Origin: a bacterium
Lineage (GTDB): Bacteria > Desulfobacterota > DSWW01
Length of the DNA stretch: 52,797 nucleotides
Direction: 5' to 3'
NCBI GenBank assembly: GCA_040756235.1
Contig: JBFLZG010000120.1
Location: forward strand, 1-52,797
The notes under the pieces are model-generated. The model saw only the letters and a program-made list of their open reading frames with translations, was not told the DNA's origin and searched no databases. The translations under genes and the position numbers were made by a program. This document shows, piece after piece, positions 37,790 to 46,141 of the stretch. Every line of letters begins with the position of its first letter. The first letter of the stretch is position 1.

Positions 37790-38386
37790 ATGCGAGTACC
37801 CTTGGAGTTGACTTTCCGTGACGTCCGCAAGACGAGCGCCCTCGAGGCGGTCGTGCACAACGAGGCCGCGAAGCTCGAGCGCATCTGTCCCTACCTGACC
37901 AGCTGCAGCGTGAGCATCGAGAGGCCCCACCGGCACGAGCAGAGCGGAAGCCCGTACCGCGTAAGAGTCTATGTGCGCGTACCGCCGGGACACGAGCTCG
38001 TGGCCCGGCGCGAGTCAGGCGAGGGAGATCTGCACGAGAACCTGGAGACCGTCGTCCGGAGGGCGTTCCGCGGGCTCGAGCGCCAGCTCAGGGAGATCAC
38101 CGAGAAGCAGAGGGGGGAGGTGAAGATCCATGAAATGCAGGAGACCACGGCCGTGGTGGAACAGCTCTTCACGGAGCAGGGCTTCGGCTTCCTCAGGACC
38201 GTCGGCGGCCGCCAGATCTACTTTCACCGAAACAGCGTGCTGTACGACGACTTCGACCGGCTGGAGGTGGGGACCGGCGTCCGCTTCGTGGAAAGCGTGG
38301 GAGAGGAGGGTCCGCAGGCGAGCACTGTAAAGGTCGTGGACAAACCCGGAAAACGTGCTGCGGGGGGCCAGCAGGAAGGGCTCTGA
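37790..38386 (+). CDS. HPF/RaiA ribosome-hibernation domain fused to a cold-shock domain
   Basis: MRVPLELTFRDV...YRVRVYVRVPPGHELV, then CSD motifs GFGFL and IYFHRNSV...GEEGPQAS; GGAGGA RBS. Confidence 0.88.
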   Translation: MRVPLELTFRDVRKTSALEAVVHNEAAKLERICPYLTSCSVSIERPHRHEQSGSPYRVRVYVRVPPGHELVARRESGEGDLHENLETVVRRAFRGLERQLREITEKQRGEVKIHEMQETTAVVEQLFTEQGFGFLRTVGGRQIYFHRNSVLYDDFDRLEVGTGVRFVESVGEEGPQASTVKVVDKPGKRAAGGQQEGL

Positions 38387-38533
38387 TCAGGTCTCAGGCA
38401 TCCGGTCCCGGGTCTTCGGGGTCCGGGAGGAGCAAGGCCCGACGCCCCCGTGCAGCCCGAACCCCATTCGGGCCCTTCACCATCTGATAGGGTTGATGCG
38501 CAGGGACACGCGAAACAGGGGAAGGAGCTGGCC

Positions 38534-38630
38534 ATGAAAGGCAGGATGCTGATCACGGGAGGCGCGGGCTTCATCGGCTCTCACCTGACGGACTGGGCTG
38601 GCGGTCTGAAGGCCGAAGCGCGGGCAGCGG
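38534..38630 (+). pseudogene. Remnant of an NAD-dependent epimerase/dehydratase gene
   Basis: AAGGAG RBS followed by MKGRMLITGGAGFIGSHLTD (extended-SDR Rossmann start); similarity is lost after about 20 codons. Confidence 0.6.
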
Positions 38631-38734
38631 ACAGGCGCAGGAGGGTGATGGCGGCTGCGCAAGACGTTCGATCCCAAGCTCACCCTTGGCTGCATACGAT
38701 CCTGAGGGTCGAGCACGAGCAAGGAGGAAACGAG

Positions 38735-39157
38735 ATGGCCAATCTGGAAGAGAGAATTCAGAAGATCTTCCACCGACCGCAGGTGGCCGCCCTGGCCACC
38801 ACGACCGAGGACGGCAAGCCCTGGGTCCGCTACGTGGCGCCGTTCGGAGACCATGATTTCACGCTGCGGTTCGCCTCTTTCCTGGACTCGCGCAAGGTGG
38901 AGCAGATCCGCAGAAACCCTGAAGTCCACATGACCTGCGGCATTTCGTCGCCGGATTCGAGAGAGGACTACCTGCAGGTACAGGGAAGGGCGCGGGTGCT
39001 GACCGGGGCCGGGGAGCGGCGCTCGTTCTGGAAAGAAGAGTTCAAGGAGTATTTCAGCGGGCCGGACGATCCCAACTACTGCCTGGTGGAGGTCAAGCCC
39101 TACCGGATCGAGTACGTCTCGTCCGACACGCACGAGACGGAAGTCTGGATGGGCTGA
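38735..39157 (+). CDS. Pyridoxamine 5'-phosphate oxidase-like FMN-binding protein (general stress protein 26-like)
   Basis: AALATTTEDGKPWVRY, SRKVEQIRRNPEV, YFSGPDDPNY; AAGGAGG RBS. Confidence 0.85.
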   Translation: MANLEERIQKIFHRPQVAALATTTEDGKPWVRYVAPFGDHDFTLRFASFLDSRKVEQIRRNPEVHMTCGISSPDSREDYLQVQGRARVLTGAGERRSFWKEEFKEYFSGPDDPNYCLVEVKPYRIEYVSSDTHETEVWMG

Positions 39158-41832
39158 CCTGGTTTTTCCCCCTTCTCCCCGTGCCGAGGGGAGAAGGTCG
39201 GGATGAGGGGTGAGTCCGCCCCTTCTTCCCCCTCACCCTGTCCCTCTCCCCCGGGCACGGGGGAGAGGGGATAAAGCCGGCTCCTGCGCGGTATCTTCAT
39301 GAGCCGGAGCGTGTTGCCGACCACGGTCAGGCTGCTGGCAAACATGGCCACGACGGCCACCAGGGGATTGATGAGCCCGGCCACCGCCAGCGGGATCCCG
39401 AGCACGTTGTAGAGGAAGGCGAAGAAGAGATTCTGGCCGACGATCTTTCGCGCGGCTGCGGCGAGCTCGAGGAAATCGAGGAGACGGGCCGGGTCCTCGG
39501 CCAGCAGGGTCACGTCCGCCGCCTCGTGGATCACCCCGGTCTTCGTGCCGAAGGCAAAGCTCACGTCGGCCTGCGCCAGGGCAGGGGCGTCGTTGATGCC
39601 GTCGCCGACCATGCCTACCCGACTCCCTTGCTCCTGCAGGGTCCGTACGATCGCGGCCTTGTCCAGCGGGGATGCTTTGCCGGCCGACTGGCGGAAGCCC
39701 AGCCTCTCGCCCACCGCATCGGTCGTCCGTGCGGAATCGCCGGATACCAGCCAGGTCTCGATCTTGCGGGAAGCCAGCCGCGCCACGACTCCGGCGGCCT
39801 CGACCCGCACCGTGTCGCCGAATGCCAGAAACCCCCGCACCCGGCCTTCCCAGGCGAGAAAGACGATCGTGGACTCGCCGGACTCCAGCGTGCGGGCCCG
39901 TTCCTCCACCTCCTCCGCGAGGCCGAAGCCGAGGGACTCCATGAGCCGGCGGCTCCCTGCCCAGAGCAGAGAGCCATCCACGACCCCCCTCACGCCGAGA
40001 CCGTCGAGGACCTCCACGCACTGCGCCTCCTCCGGATCCGGTCCGGGCCCCGCCGCCTCTCGAGCCCGACGGACGATCTCCCTGGCGAGGAAGTGATCCG
40101 ACCCGAGTTCGAGCGAAGCGGCCTTGAGGAGGGCTTGGCGCGGATCGTGCCCGGGGGTGAAGATCTCCTGGAGCGAGAACCGGCCGCTGGTCACGGTGCC
40201 GGTCTTGTCGAACACCAGGACGTTCAGACCCGCGGCCTTTTCGAACGCTCCGGGGTCCCGGACCAGAATCCCCATGGATCGTCCGACCGCCATGGTGGCC
40301 ACCTTCACCAGAGGGGCTGCGATCCCGAGGGCGCACGGGCAGGTGACGGCCAGGATCGTCACGGCCCGCAGCATCGCTGCCTCGGGCGATCTGCCGGTCG
40401 CGATCAGCCAGGCCGCAGTGCCCGCGGCAAGGGCCAGGATGGCCGGCACGAAGCGCCGGGTGATCCGGTCCGCCATCCTCTCCACCGGGTTCTTGCGGGA
40501 GAGGGCCTGCTCCACGACCCGGATCATCCGTTGGATCGAGCTCTGCGTGCCGGCCGCCGTGGCGCACACCTCGAGACGGCCGGTCAGGAGCAGACAGCCT
40601 GCAAGGATTTCGTCGCGCACCGACTTCGTCACCGGGCGGCTCTCGCCGGTCAGAACGGACGCGTCCACGGTCGCTCGGCCCGCCAGAATGCGGCCGTCCA
40701 CGGGCACTCTCTCGCCCTCGAGGACGAGGATGCGGTCCCCGGGCTCGACCTCGTCGGCAGACACCCACTGCGCCTTTCCGTCCGTCGCGAGGCGGACCTT
40801 CATGTGGGCCAGCCTGTAGATCCCGGTCATCTGACCGGCCACCTTCCGGCGCGCCCGGGATTCGACGTGCCGTCCCAGGAGGACCAGGGTCACCAGCATG
40901 GAGGCGGTATCGAAGTACAGATGGAGACTCCCGGTGGCCAGCCCCGCGACGCTGGAGACATAGGCGGACAGAGCTCCGGCCGCGATCAGGGTCTCCATGG
41001 GGAAAGCGCCCGCCCGGATGCCCGACAGGCCTTTTCTCAGAATGGGCGCCCCGCAGTAGAAGACGACCGGTGTGGCCATGGCGAACAGGGGCCAGGAGAG
41101 GGCGCGTATCGCCTCGGGGCCGAGGTCCCGGAAGAAACCGGCATAGAGCGCGAAGGAGATCATCATGATGTTGGCCGTGAGGATGCACGACACCCCCAGG
41201 CGGACCAGCTCGGAGGTCCTCTCCGCCTGCGGTCCGGGCCGGTCCTGGAAGACCGAGACGCGGTAGCCGAAACGAGAAGCCTTGCGGAACAGGTCCGGCA
41301 GGTCCAGCCTGTGCGGAAGGTAACGGATCCGGGCCAGATCGGAAAAGAAGTGGACCTTGGCCTCGAGTATGCCCGGGGTGCCGCGCAGCAGCTCCTCGAC
41401 CAGCCAGGAGCACGCCGTGCACCACATGCCCTCGACCGAGAGCACGATCTCCCGGGAAAGGTCGGCTTCCGCGTCCGCCGCCGGCGGCCGTGCCGCCTCA
41501 CCCTCGCCGGCGGGGTCCGGGGCTCGTCCCGTCTCCCCGGTCGACGGGCTGCGCGAGATCAGGCCGGAGGCCACGCAGGTTCGGTAGAGGTCGGTGTCGC
41601 GGAAATCCGCAGGGGGTCCGCCGGGCACGTTGGAGAGGATCTCGAATACGTGGGCGCAGCCGCTGCAGCAGAAGCGCAGCTCCGTCCCGCCGGTCCGGCG
41701 TCGGATCCCGGCTTTCCCGACGGGAAAGCCGCAGAGAGCGCAGGCCCTCTCCGGGTCGGGGTTCCGGAGATCCCGATCTTCCGAGGGGACCGAAGGGGGC
41801 CCCTGCAGAAGCGGCGCGGCAGCTTGCGTCAA
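39100..41832 (-). CDS. Heavy-metal P1B-type ATPase, CcoI/FixI-like
   Basis: CALC...FCCSGC N-terminal domain, GMWCTAC HMA motif, TGES, CPCALG, DKTGT, GDGIND; last gene of the cbb3 operon. The C-terminus runs through a repeat. Confidence 0.92.
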   Translation of the reverse strand: MTQAAAPLLQGPPSVPSEDRDLRNPDPERACALCGFPVGKAGIRRRTGGTELRFCCSGCAHVFEILSNVPGGPPADFRDTDLYRTCVASGLISRSPSTGETGRAPDPAGEGEAARPPAADAEADLSREIVLSVEGMWCTACSWLVEELLRGTPGILEAKVHFFSDLARIRYLPHRLDLPDLFRKASRFGYRVSVFQDRPGPQAERTSELVRLGVSCILTANIMMISFALYAGFFRDLGPEAIRALSWPLFAMATPVVFYCGAPILRKGLSGIRAGAFPMETLIAAGALSAYVSSVAGLATGSLHLYFDTASMLVTLVLLGRHVESRARRKVAGQMTGIYRLAHMKVRLATDGKAQWVSADEVEPGDRILVLEGERVPVDGRILAGRATVDASVLTGESRPVTKSVRDEILAGCLLLTGRLEVCATAAGTQSSIQRMIRVVEQALSRKNPVERMADRITRRFVPAILALAAGTAAWLIATGRSPEAAMLRAVTILAVTCPCALGIAAPLVKVATMAVGRSMGILVRDPGAFEKAAGLNVLVFDKTGTVTSGRFSLQEIFTPGHDPRQALLKAASLELGSDHFLAREIVRRAREAAGPGPDPEEAQCVEVLDGLGVRGVVDGSLLWAGSRRLMESLGFGLAEEVEERARTLESGESTIVFLAWEGRVRGFLAFGDTVRVEAAGVVARLASRKIETWLVSGDSARTTDAVGERLGFRQSAGKASPLDKAAIVRTLQEQGSRVGMVGDGINDAPALAQADVSFAFGTKTGVIHEAADVTLLAEDPARLLDFLELAAAARKIVGQNLFFAFLYNVLGIPLAVAGLINPLVAVVAMFASSLTVVGNTLRLMKIPRRSRLYPLSPVPGGEGQGEGEEGADSPLIPTFSPRHGEKGEKPGQPIQTSVSCVSDETYSIR
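39168..39271. repeat. Paired REP-like hairpins (CCCTCACCC..CCTCTCCC..GGGAGAGG type)
   Basis: CCTTCTCCCC/GGGGAGAAGG (39171-39197) and CCCTCTCCCCCG/CGGGGGAGAGGG (39242-39269) lie in inverted orientation between convergent genes. Confidence 0.75.
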
Positions 41833-42006
41833 GGGGTCTCCATTTCGGACCGGTTGTCGCTCATCGTCTGACCACGGTCACCCGACATCCGGAGCTATCG
41901 GACTCATGCAAACGCATGGGGCGGTAAAGACAAGTTATCACCCCTCAGCTTGAAGGGCCAGGGCGAGGGGCGGCAGCCCAAAAATAAATTCACTCATGCG
42001 CTCGCA

Positions 42007-42534
42007 TCAGCGGCCGAGCGAGCGGATGAAGCGGACGATGGCCCAGAGGTCCTCTCCCGAAACGGTCTGGTAGAGGGGCGGGTGTCTCTTGTAGCCCAGG
42101 CTGATGCGGCTGAAGAGGAGCCCGTCGCTCTGGTCCTGCACGTAGGGAAGCCTGAGGTCCGTGGGGAGCGGCGCGAAGCTCTGGCCCACGATCCCCTTTC
42201 CGTCTGCATTCGGACCGTGGCACTGCATGCAGTAACGGCCGTACCCGGCCTTCCCCTCCTCGAGAACGGCGGCAGAGGCGGGCAGTGGATTCCGGAGAGT
42301 GTCGGGATCCGCGTGCTCCAGGACCTCGAGACCGCCGCCGAGCGGAATCGAGCGCGCCGGCATTTGCGGCATGGGAACCTCGTAGCGCCTGAGCGCCTCG
42401 TCGTCCTTCATCCGGGCGTAATCGCAGGCGCAGAGCGCCAGGCCCAGGGCGAGGGGAAAGGCGAGCGTCCCGAACCGGGCTCGTCTCTTCCAGACCGTCC
42501 CGGCAGTCTCGGAGAGGGCGGGTCGCATCCTCAT
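42007..42534 (-). CDS. Monoheme cytochrome c lipoprotein, ActE-like
   Basis: Lipobox-like LALCAC, CMQCHG..ADGKGIVG, SDGLLFSRISLG, DLWAIVRFIRSL; ATGA overlap with the upstream gene. Confidence 0.82.
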   Translation of the reverse strand: MRMRPALSETAGTVWKRRARFGTLAFPLALGLALCACDYARMKDDEALRRYEVPMPQMPARSIPLGGGLEVLEHADPDTLRNPLPASAAVLEEGKAGYGRYCMQCHGPNADGKGIVGQSFAPLPTDLRLPYVQDQSDGLLFSRISLGYKRHPPLYQTVSGEDLWAIVRFIRSLGR

Positions 42535-42827
42535 GGACTCTCCTTGTCCCGGGCCGCGTGCTCGGGCCCGACGTGCTGTTCGGGCGGCAGCGGCAGGGTC
42601 TGCCCCGGGATCCACGTCGATTCCACGGACGAGTACGGGGAATCTCCCGGGACGTCCGCGATCGATCCGTACGACCAGGGGGGAGGGCCTTTGTCCCCGA
42701 CCGTGAAGAAGACGAACAGCCCGAAAAGCGTGAAAGAGACGGCGATCCCGGTCACGATCGCCCAGGCCGTGACCTTCTCGCGAAAATCGTCCGGGTAACG
42801 GCCCTCGGTTTCGCTGCTGCGCTTCAT
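42531..42827 (-). CDS. Hypothetical single-TM membrane protein
   Basis: MKRSSETEG..., one TM (WAIVTGIAVSFTLFGLFVFFTV), then GDKGPPPWSYGSIADVPGDSPYS; tight operon spacing. Confidence 0.7.
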   Translation of the reverse strand: MKRSSETEGRYPDDFREKVTAWAIVTGIAVSFTLFGLFVFFTVGDKGPPPWSYGSIADVPGDSPYSSVESTWIPGQTLPLPPEQHVGPEHAARDKESP

Positions 42828-42835
42828 ATCGCCCC

Positions 42836-43108
42836 TCAGATAGCGTCCCCGAACACGCCGACCAGGATGCAGTAGCCGATGGCCCAGGCGATGGTGATCC
42901 CCCAGGCCACGAAGATGAACGGCGCGATCGGGTTCCTGGGCAAGTCGTGCTCCTCCAGCTCGTGGACCTGCTCGGGACTGAGGTGCACCTCCTGCTCGCG
43001 CCGGTGCGAGTAGCTTCCCCAGGCCATGTAGACCAGGATGACCGTGACCACGCCCACGAGGAAAGCAAAGACCCAATACTGAAAATCGAGGATGGGGTAG
43101 AACCGCAT
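42836..43108 (-). CDS. Small two-TM protein resembling CcoQ plus the CcoP N-terminal anchor
   Basis: TM1 WVFAFLVGVVTVILVYMAWG, then EEHDLPRNPIAPFIFVAWGITIAWAIGY, similar to the CcoP N-terminal E.DNPLP.W.....TI...GY pattern. Confidence 0.65.
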   Translation of the reverse strand: MRFYPILDFQYWVFAFLVGVVTVILVYMAWGSYSHRREQEVHLSPEQVHELEEHDLPRNPIAPFIFVAWGITIAWAIGYCILVGVFGDAI

Positions 43109-43112
43109 GGGG

Positions 43113-43379
43113 TTATCCCTTGGCTCGCAGCGTGGCCAGGACCACGGCGGCCGCAAAGCCTGCGAGACCGATGCAGACGACCACGCCGAGAGCCCAGAGC
43201 TCTGCCTTGAGCCCCTTCGGCTTTCCGGGGGGCTCGGCCCTGGGAGGCTCGCCGGCCAGAGGCAGGTACCGCGCCCGGTCCTGCTCCGAGAACTGCCCGT
43301 TCCGCAGGGCCCAGAAGAAAGCGGCAAGGCTCACTCCGATGGAAAGGACGACCAGAATCGACCAGCTCAGCACGTACAT
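43113..43379 (-). CDS. ccoS: cbb3-type cytochrome oxidase assembly protein CcoS with an extra C-terminal TM
   Basis: SLAAFFWALRNGQFSEQDRARYLPL matches the CcoS/FixS F.WA..NGQF motif. Confidence 0.85.
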   Translation of the reverse strand: MYVLSWSILVVLSIGVSLAAFFWALRNGQFSEQDRARYLPLAGEPPRAEPPGKPKGLKAELWALGVVVCIGLAGFAAAVVLATLRAKG

Positions 43380-43388
43380 GTTTGCGTT

Positions 43389-43718
43389 TCCGTCACCCCG
43401 GCGCAGGAGGCTGTGTCACAAATCCGGTCAGACCCTCGAGCGACCACTCATTCCGGAGGACTCGGAGGCGCGGCCGCATGATTTCCGTCATTCCGGCGAA
43501 GGCCGGAATCCAGTCCCTGCGCCCATTACCACGGCTGGTCCTGGTGCACCCTTCTGGATCCCGGCTGGCACGCGCTCCGCACATGGGCCGGGATGACGAA
43601 TTGTGACACCGCCTCGGAGGCCGGGGTCCAGTCCCTGCTCCGCGTAAATGCCGCTGCCGTTGATGTCCCCTCCTGGAACCCGGCTCACACGCGCTCCGCA
43701 GTCGAGCCGGGATGACGA
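43389..43718. repeat. REP-like palindrome cluster (same family as 19884-20207)
   Basis: CCGTCACCCCGGCGCAG, GTCATTCCGGCGAAGGCCGGAATCCAG, GGATCCCGGC...CGCGCTCCGCA...GCCGGGATGACGAA units. Confidence 0.85.
43407..43615. mobile_element. MITE (209 bp, 15-bp terminal inverted repeats) inserted in a REP hairpin loop
   Basis: GAGGCTGTGTCACAA ... TTGTGACACCGCCTC match at 14/15 positions and are flanked by GCAG/GGAG. Removing the element restores CCCCGGC-GCAG-GCCGGGG. Confidence 0.7.
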
Positions 43719-43736
43719 ATGACCTTCTTCCTTACT

Positions 43737-44726
43737 TCATTCCTTCAGTCCCGGGAGCAAATCGTCAGGCCTCACCGGCTCCCCGCCCGGCGGCTCGAGC
43801 GATGCGTCGATCCCCTCGGGCTCGGTGTCCGCATCGGAATGGCCGATGAAATACACGGCCACGTAATCCCCGACTTCCCAGATCTTCTCGGACTCCAGGT
43901 CCTTCTTGAAGTACGGCATGGCCGTGCCCGTGATCCCGTTCATGATCTGGTAATAGAGGATGCCGCCGGAAATCCCCCGGTTGCCCAGGATGGTGAAATT
44001 CAGGGGAGGAGGATCGAGGTAGGGCTGGGCCGGCCCCATGCCGTCGCCGATCGGCCCGTGGCAGCCGATGCAGAAATATTGGTAGATCCGGTGCCCGCGC
44101 CGGAGCGACGCCGCCGTGGTCGGGTACGGGTTCGGCAGCTTTCTCCAGGGCTCGGGAACCATGGAGTGGAGCCAGTCGGCGTTCTCGTCCGGGCCCGCCC
44201 GAAATGCCTCGATCGCCTTTTGCTTCCACTGCCTCTGCCTGGCGACCCGCTCGTCGGCCGCCTTGAAACCCAGGCTCTGCTTGTAGGCAGTCAGGGCCCG
44301 GATGTCCTCCATGCCCAGGAACTCCCAGTTGGGCATGATCGACTCCGGCCGCACGAAGCGGGGGTTGATGAAATGCGCCACGTGCCAGTCGTCGGGATGT
44401 TCCCCTCCTTCCTGGGAGAGGTCGGGGCCGGTCCGTTCGGTCCCGACCAGGTGCGGCCGATCCTCGACGTAGTCCCCCTTCTGAGCGATCCGCTCCGCAC
44501 CGATGCCCCAGTCGATGGACCGGATGAACTGCGTGTGGCAGTAAGTGCAGCCGTTGTTCACGTAGATCGCCCGGCCCTTCTCCTCGAGGGGCGTGCGGGG
44601 GCGGAAGATCTCCGACGGACGGTCCCCCATGGACGCCCAGGGCAGAAAGACGGAGATGAAGACGGTCGAGGCGAAGATCATCAGACCGCCCGCGATGAGA
44701 ACGGGCGGGGCCATCGACATCCTCAT
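43737..44726 (-). CDS. ccoO: cbb3-type cytochrome c oxidase subunit II (CcoO) fused to a second cytochrome c domain
   Basis: GRAIYVNNGCTYCHTQFIR, GTERTGPDL, WHVAHFINPR...SIMP; second heme CIGCHG...GITGTAMP; ATGA overlap with ccoN. Confidence 0.9.
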   Translation of the reverse strand: MRMSMAPPVLIAGGLMIFASTVFISVFLPWASMGDRPSEIFRPRTPLEEKGRAIYVNNGCTYCHTQFIRSIDWGIGAERIAQKGDYVEDRPHLVGTERTGPDLSQEGGEHPDDWHVAHFINPRFVRPESIMPNWEFLGMEDIRALTAYKQSLGFKAADERVARQRQWKQKAIEAFRAGPDENADWLHSMVPEPWRKLPNPYPTTAASLRRGHRIYQYFCIGCHGPIGDGMGPAQPYLDPPPLNFTILGNRGISGGILYYQIMNGITGTAMPYFKKDLESEKIWEVGDYVAVYFIGHSDADTEPEGIDASLEPPGGEPVRPDDLLPGLKE

Positions 44727-46099
44727 CGCGCTTCTCCCTCGGGCCGGGGGGGGCCGCTGATAGTCCTGACCACGTTGTAGAGGCCGATCGCCGCCCCGGA
44801 TAACAGCAGCAGCCCGACCCCCTCCCTCACCACCAGGTAGGGGTAGAGCATGGGAACGGTCCGGTAGACGGTCTCGCCGTTCAGCCAGGCGTTCCCCTGC
44901 ACCAGGCCGCCGGCCGTCAGGACGGTGAAAAAGCCGGCCATGCCGAGCAGGACGAGCCAGTACTGGATATCGGCCAGCCGCGGGTTGTGCAGGGGCCGTC
45001 CTACGATTCGGGGCAGGAGAAACCAGAGCCCTCCCAGGGCGATCGTGCCGGAGAACCCCAGCACGCCCAGGTGGGCGTGCGCGATGACCCAGTTGTTGAG
45101 GTGCGTGATCCTCTGCAAGCTCGGGAGTGACTGAAGAGGCCCCTGGATGCAGGTGAGCAGGTACCAGACGAGGCCGGCGAAGACGAACTTTCCTCCGATG
45201 TCGTAATGGATGAGCCCGAGCCTTCCCCGGGTCGTGAGATAGAGGTTGGCCAGGGCGGTGATCACGGGGAGGAGCATGGCGACGCTTCCCGTGACCGCCA
45301 CCACCTTGAGCCAGGTGGGGGTCGGCGTCTGCAGGAGATGGTGGGCTCCGATGTGGTTGTAAAAGACCAGGATGGACCAGAATCCGACGAGGGAAAGCGT
45401 ATGGCTGTACAGAGGAGAGCGGCTGACGATCGGAATGATGTAGTAGGCGACTCCGACCGCCAGAGGCGTGAGGAAGAGACCCACGATTCCGTGCCCGTAG
45501 AACCAGGCCAGGATGGCGTCCGGGATGCCGGCAATCGAGCCGGTCGAGGGGTTCCACACCGCGTTTCCGATCCCGTAGATCAAGAACGTGTAACTGAGGC
45601 CGGCGAACAGGTACCAGTTCGTCACGTAGAGCACCTTCTCCTGCCTGTGGAGCACGGTGAGAAAAAGGTTGTAGAAGATGAGCGCCAGGGAGGCCAGGAG
45701 AACGATGTCCACCGGCCAGATCCATTCGGCGTACTCGCGGCCCTGCGAGTATCCGAGGGCCAGGGTGACGATGCCCGCGGCGATGGCCAGGTTCCAGACC
45801 CAGAGACTGAGCTTTCCCAGGCGCTCGCTGTACAGCCGTTGTTTCAGGAGCACCGGGGCCATGTAGAACATCGATCCGATCAATCCGCTGCCCACGAATC
45901 CGAAGATCACGGTCGTGGTGTGCATGGGCCGGATCCGGCCGAAGACGAGCCAGGAGATGTTGGCCATCAGCTCCGGGGCGACCATGTGCGTGGCGTCGAT
46001 CAGCCCTTCGGTCGTGCCGACCAGGAACCAGGCCGCCGAGCTGAGCAGGAAGAGCTTGGCGGTGCCGTTCGGTTCCTCTTTGAGAAAGGCGAGCTTCAT
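44723..46099 (-). CDS. ccoN: cbb3-type (C-family) cytochrome c oxidase subunit I
   Basis: FGRIRPMHTT, SQGREYAE, WFYGH, YNHIGAHHLL, WVIAHAHLG (heme and CuB His ligands). Confidence 0.93.
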   Translation of the reverse strand: MKLAFLKEEPNGTAKLFLLSSAAWFLVGTTEGLIDATHMVAPELMANISWLVFGRIRPMHTTTVIFGFVGSGLIGSMFYMAPVLLKQRLYSERLGKLSLWVWNLAIAAGIVTLALGYSQGREYAEWIWPVDIVLLASLALIFYNLFLTVLHRQEKVLYVTNWYLFAGLSYTFLIYGIGNAVWNPSTGSIAGIPDAILAWFYGHGIVGLFLTPLAVGVAYYIIPIVSRSPLYSHTLSLVGFWSILVFYNHIGAHHLLQTPTPTWLKVVAVTGSVAMLLPVITALANLYLTTRGRLGLIHYDIGGKFVFAGLVWYLLTCIQGPLQSLPSLQRITHLNNWVIAHAHLGVLGFSGTIALGGLWFLLPRIVGRPLHNPRLADIQYWLVLLGMAGFFTVLTAGGLVQGNAWLNGETVYRTVPMLYPYLVVREGVGLLLLSGAAIGLYNVVRTISGPPRPEGEAR

Positions 46100-46141
46100 C
46101 TCGGGCCGTTCCCCCCTTGGAGCTTGTCCGGGCAGCAGTCC

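Noticed and set aside
33680..37993. 1437-aa ORF suggesting a giant sigma-factor fusion
   Set aside because: Only the last 429 aa resemble sigma70 and these have their own RBS. The upstream part overlaps pfkB (opposite strand) and the M50 gene (different frame) and is low-complexity Arg/Gly/Pro sequence.
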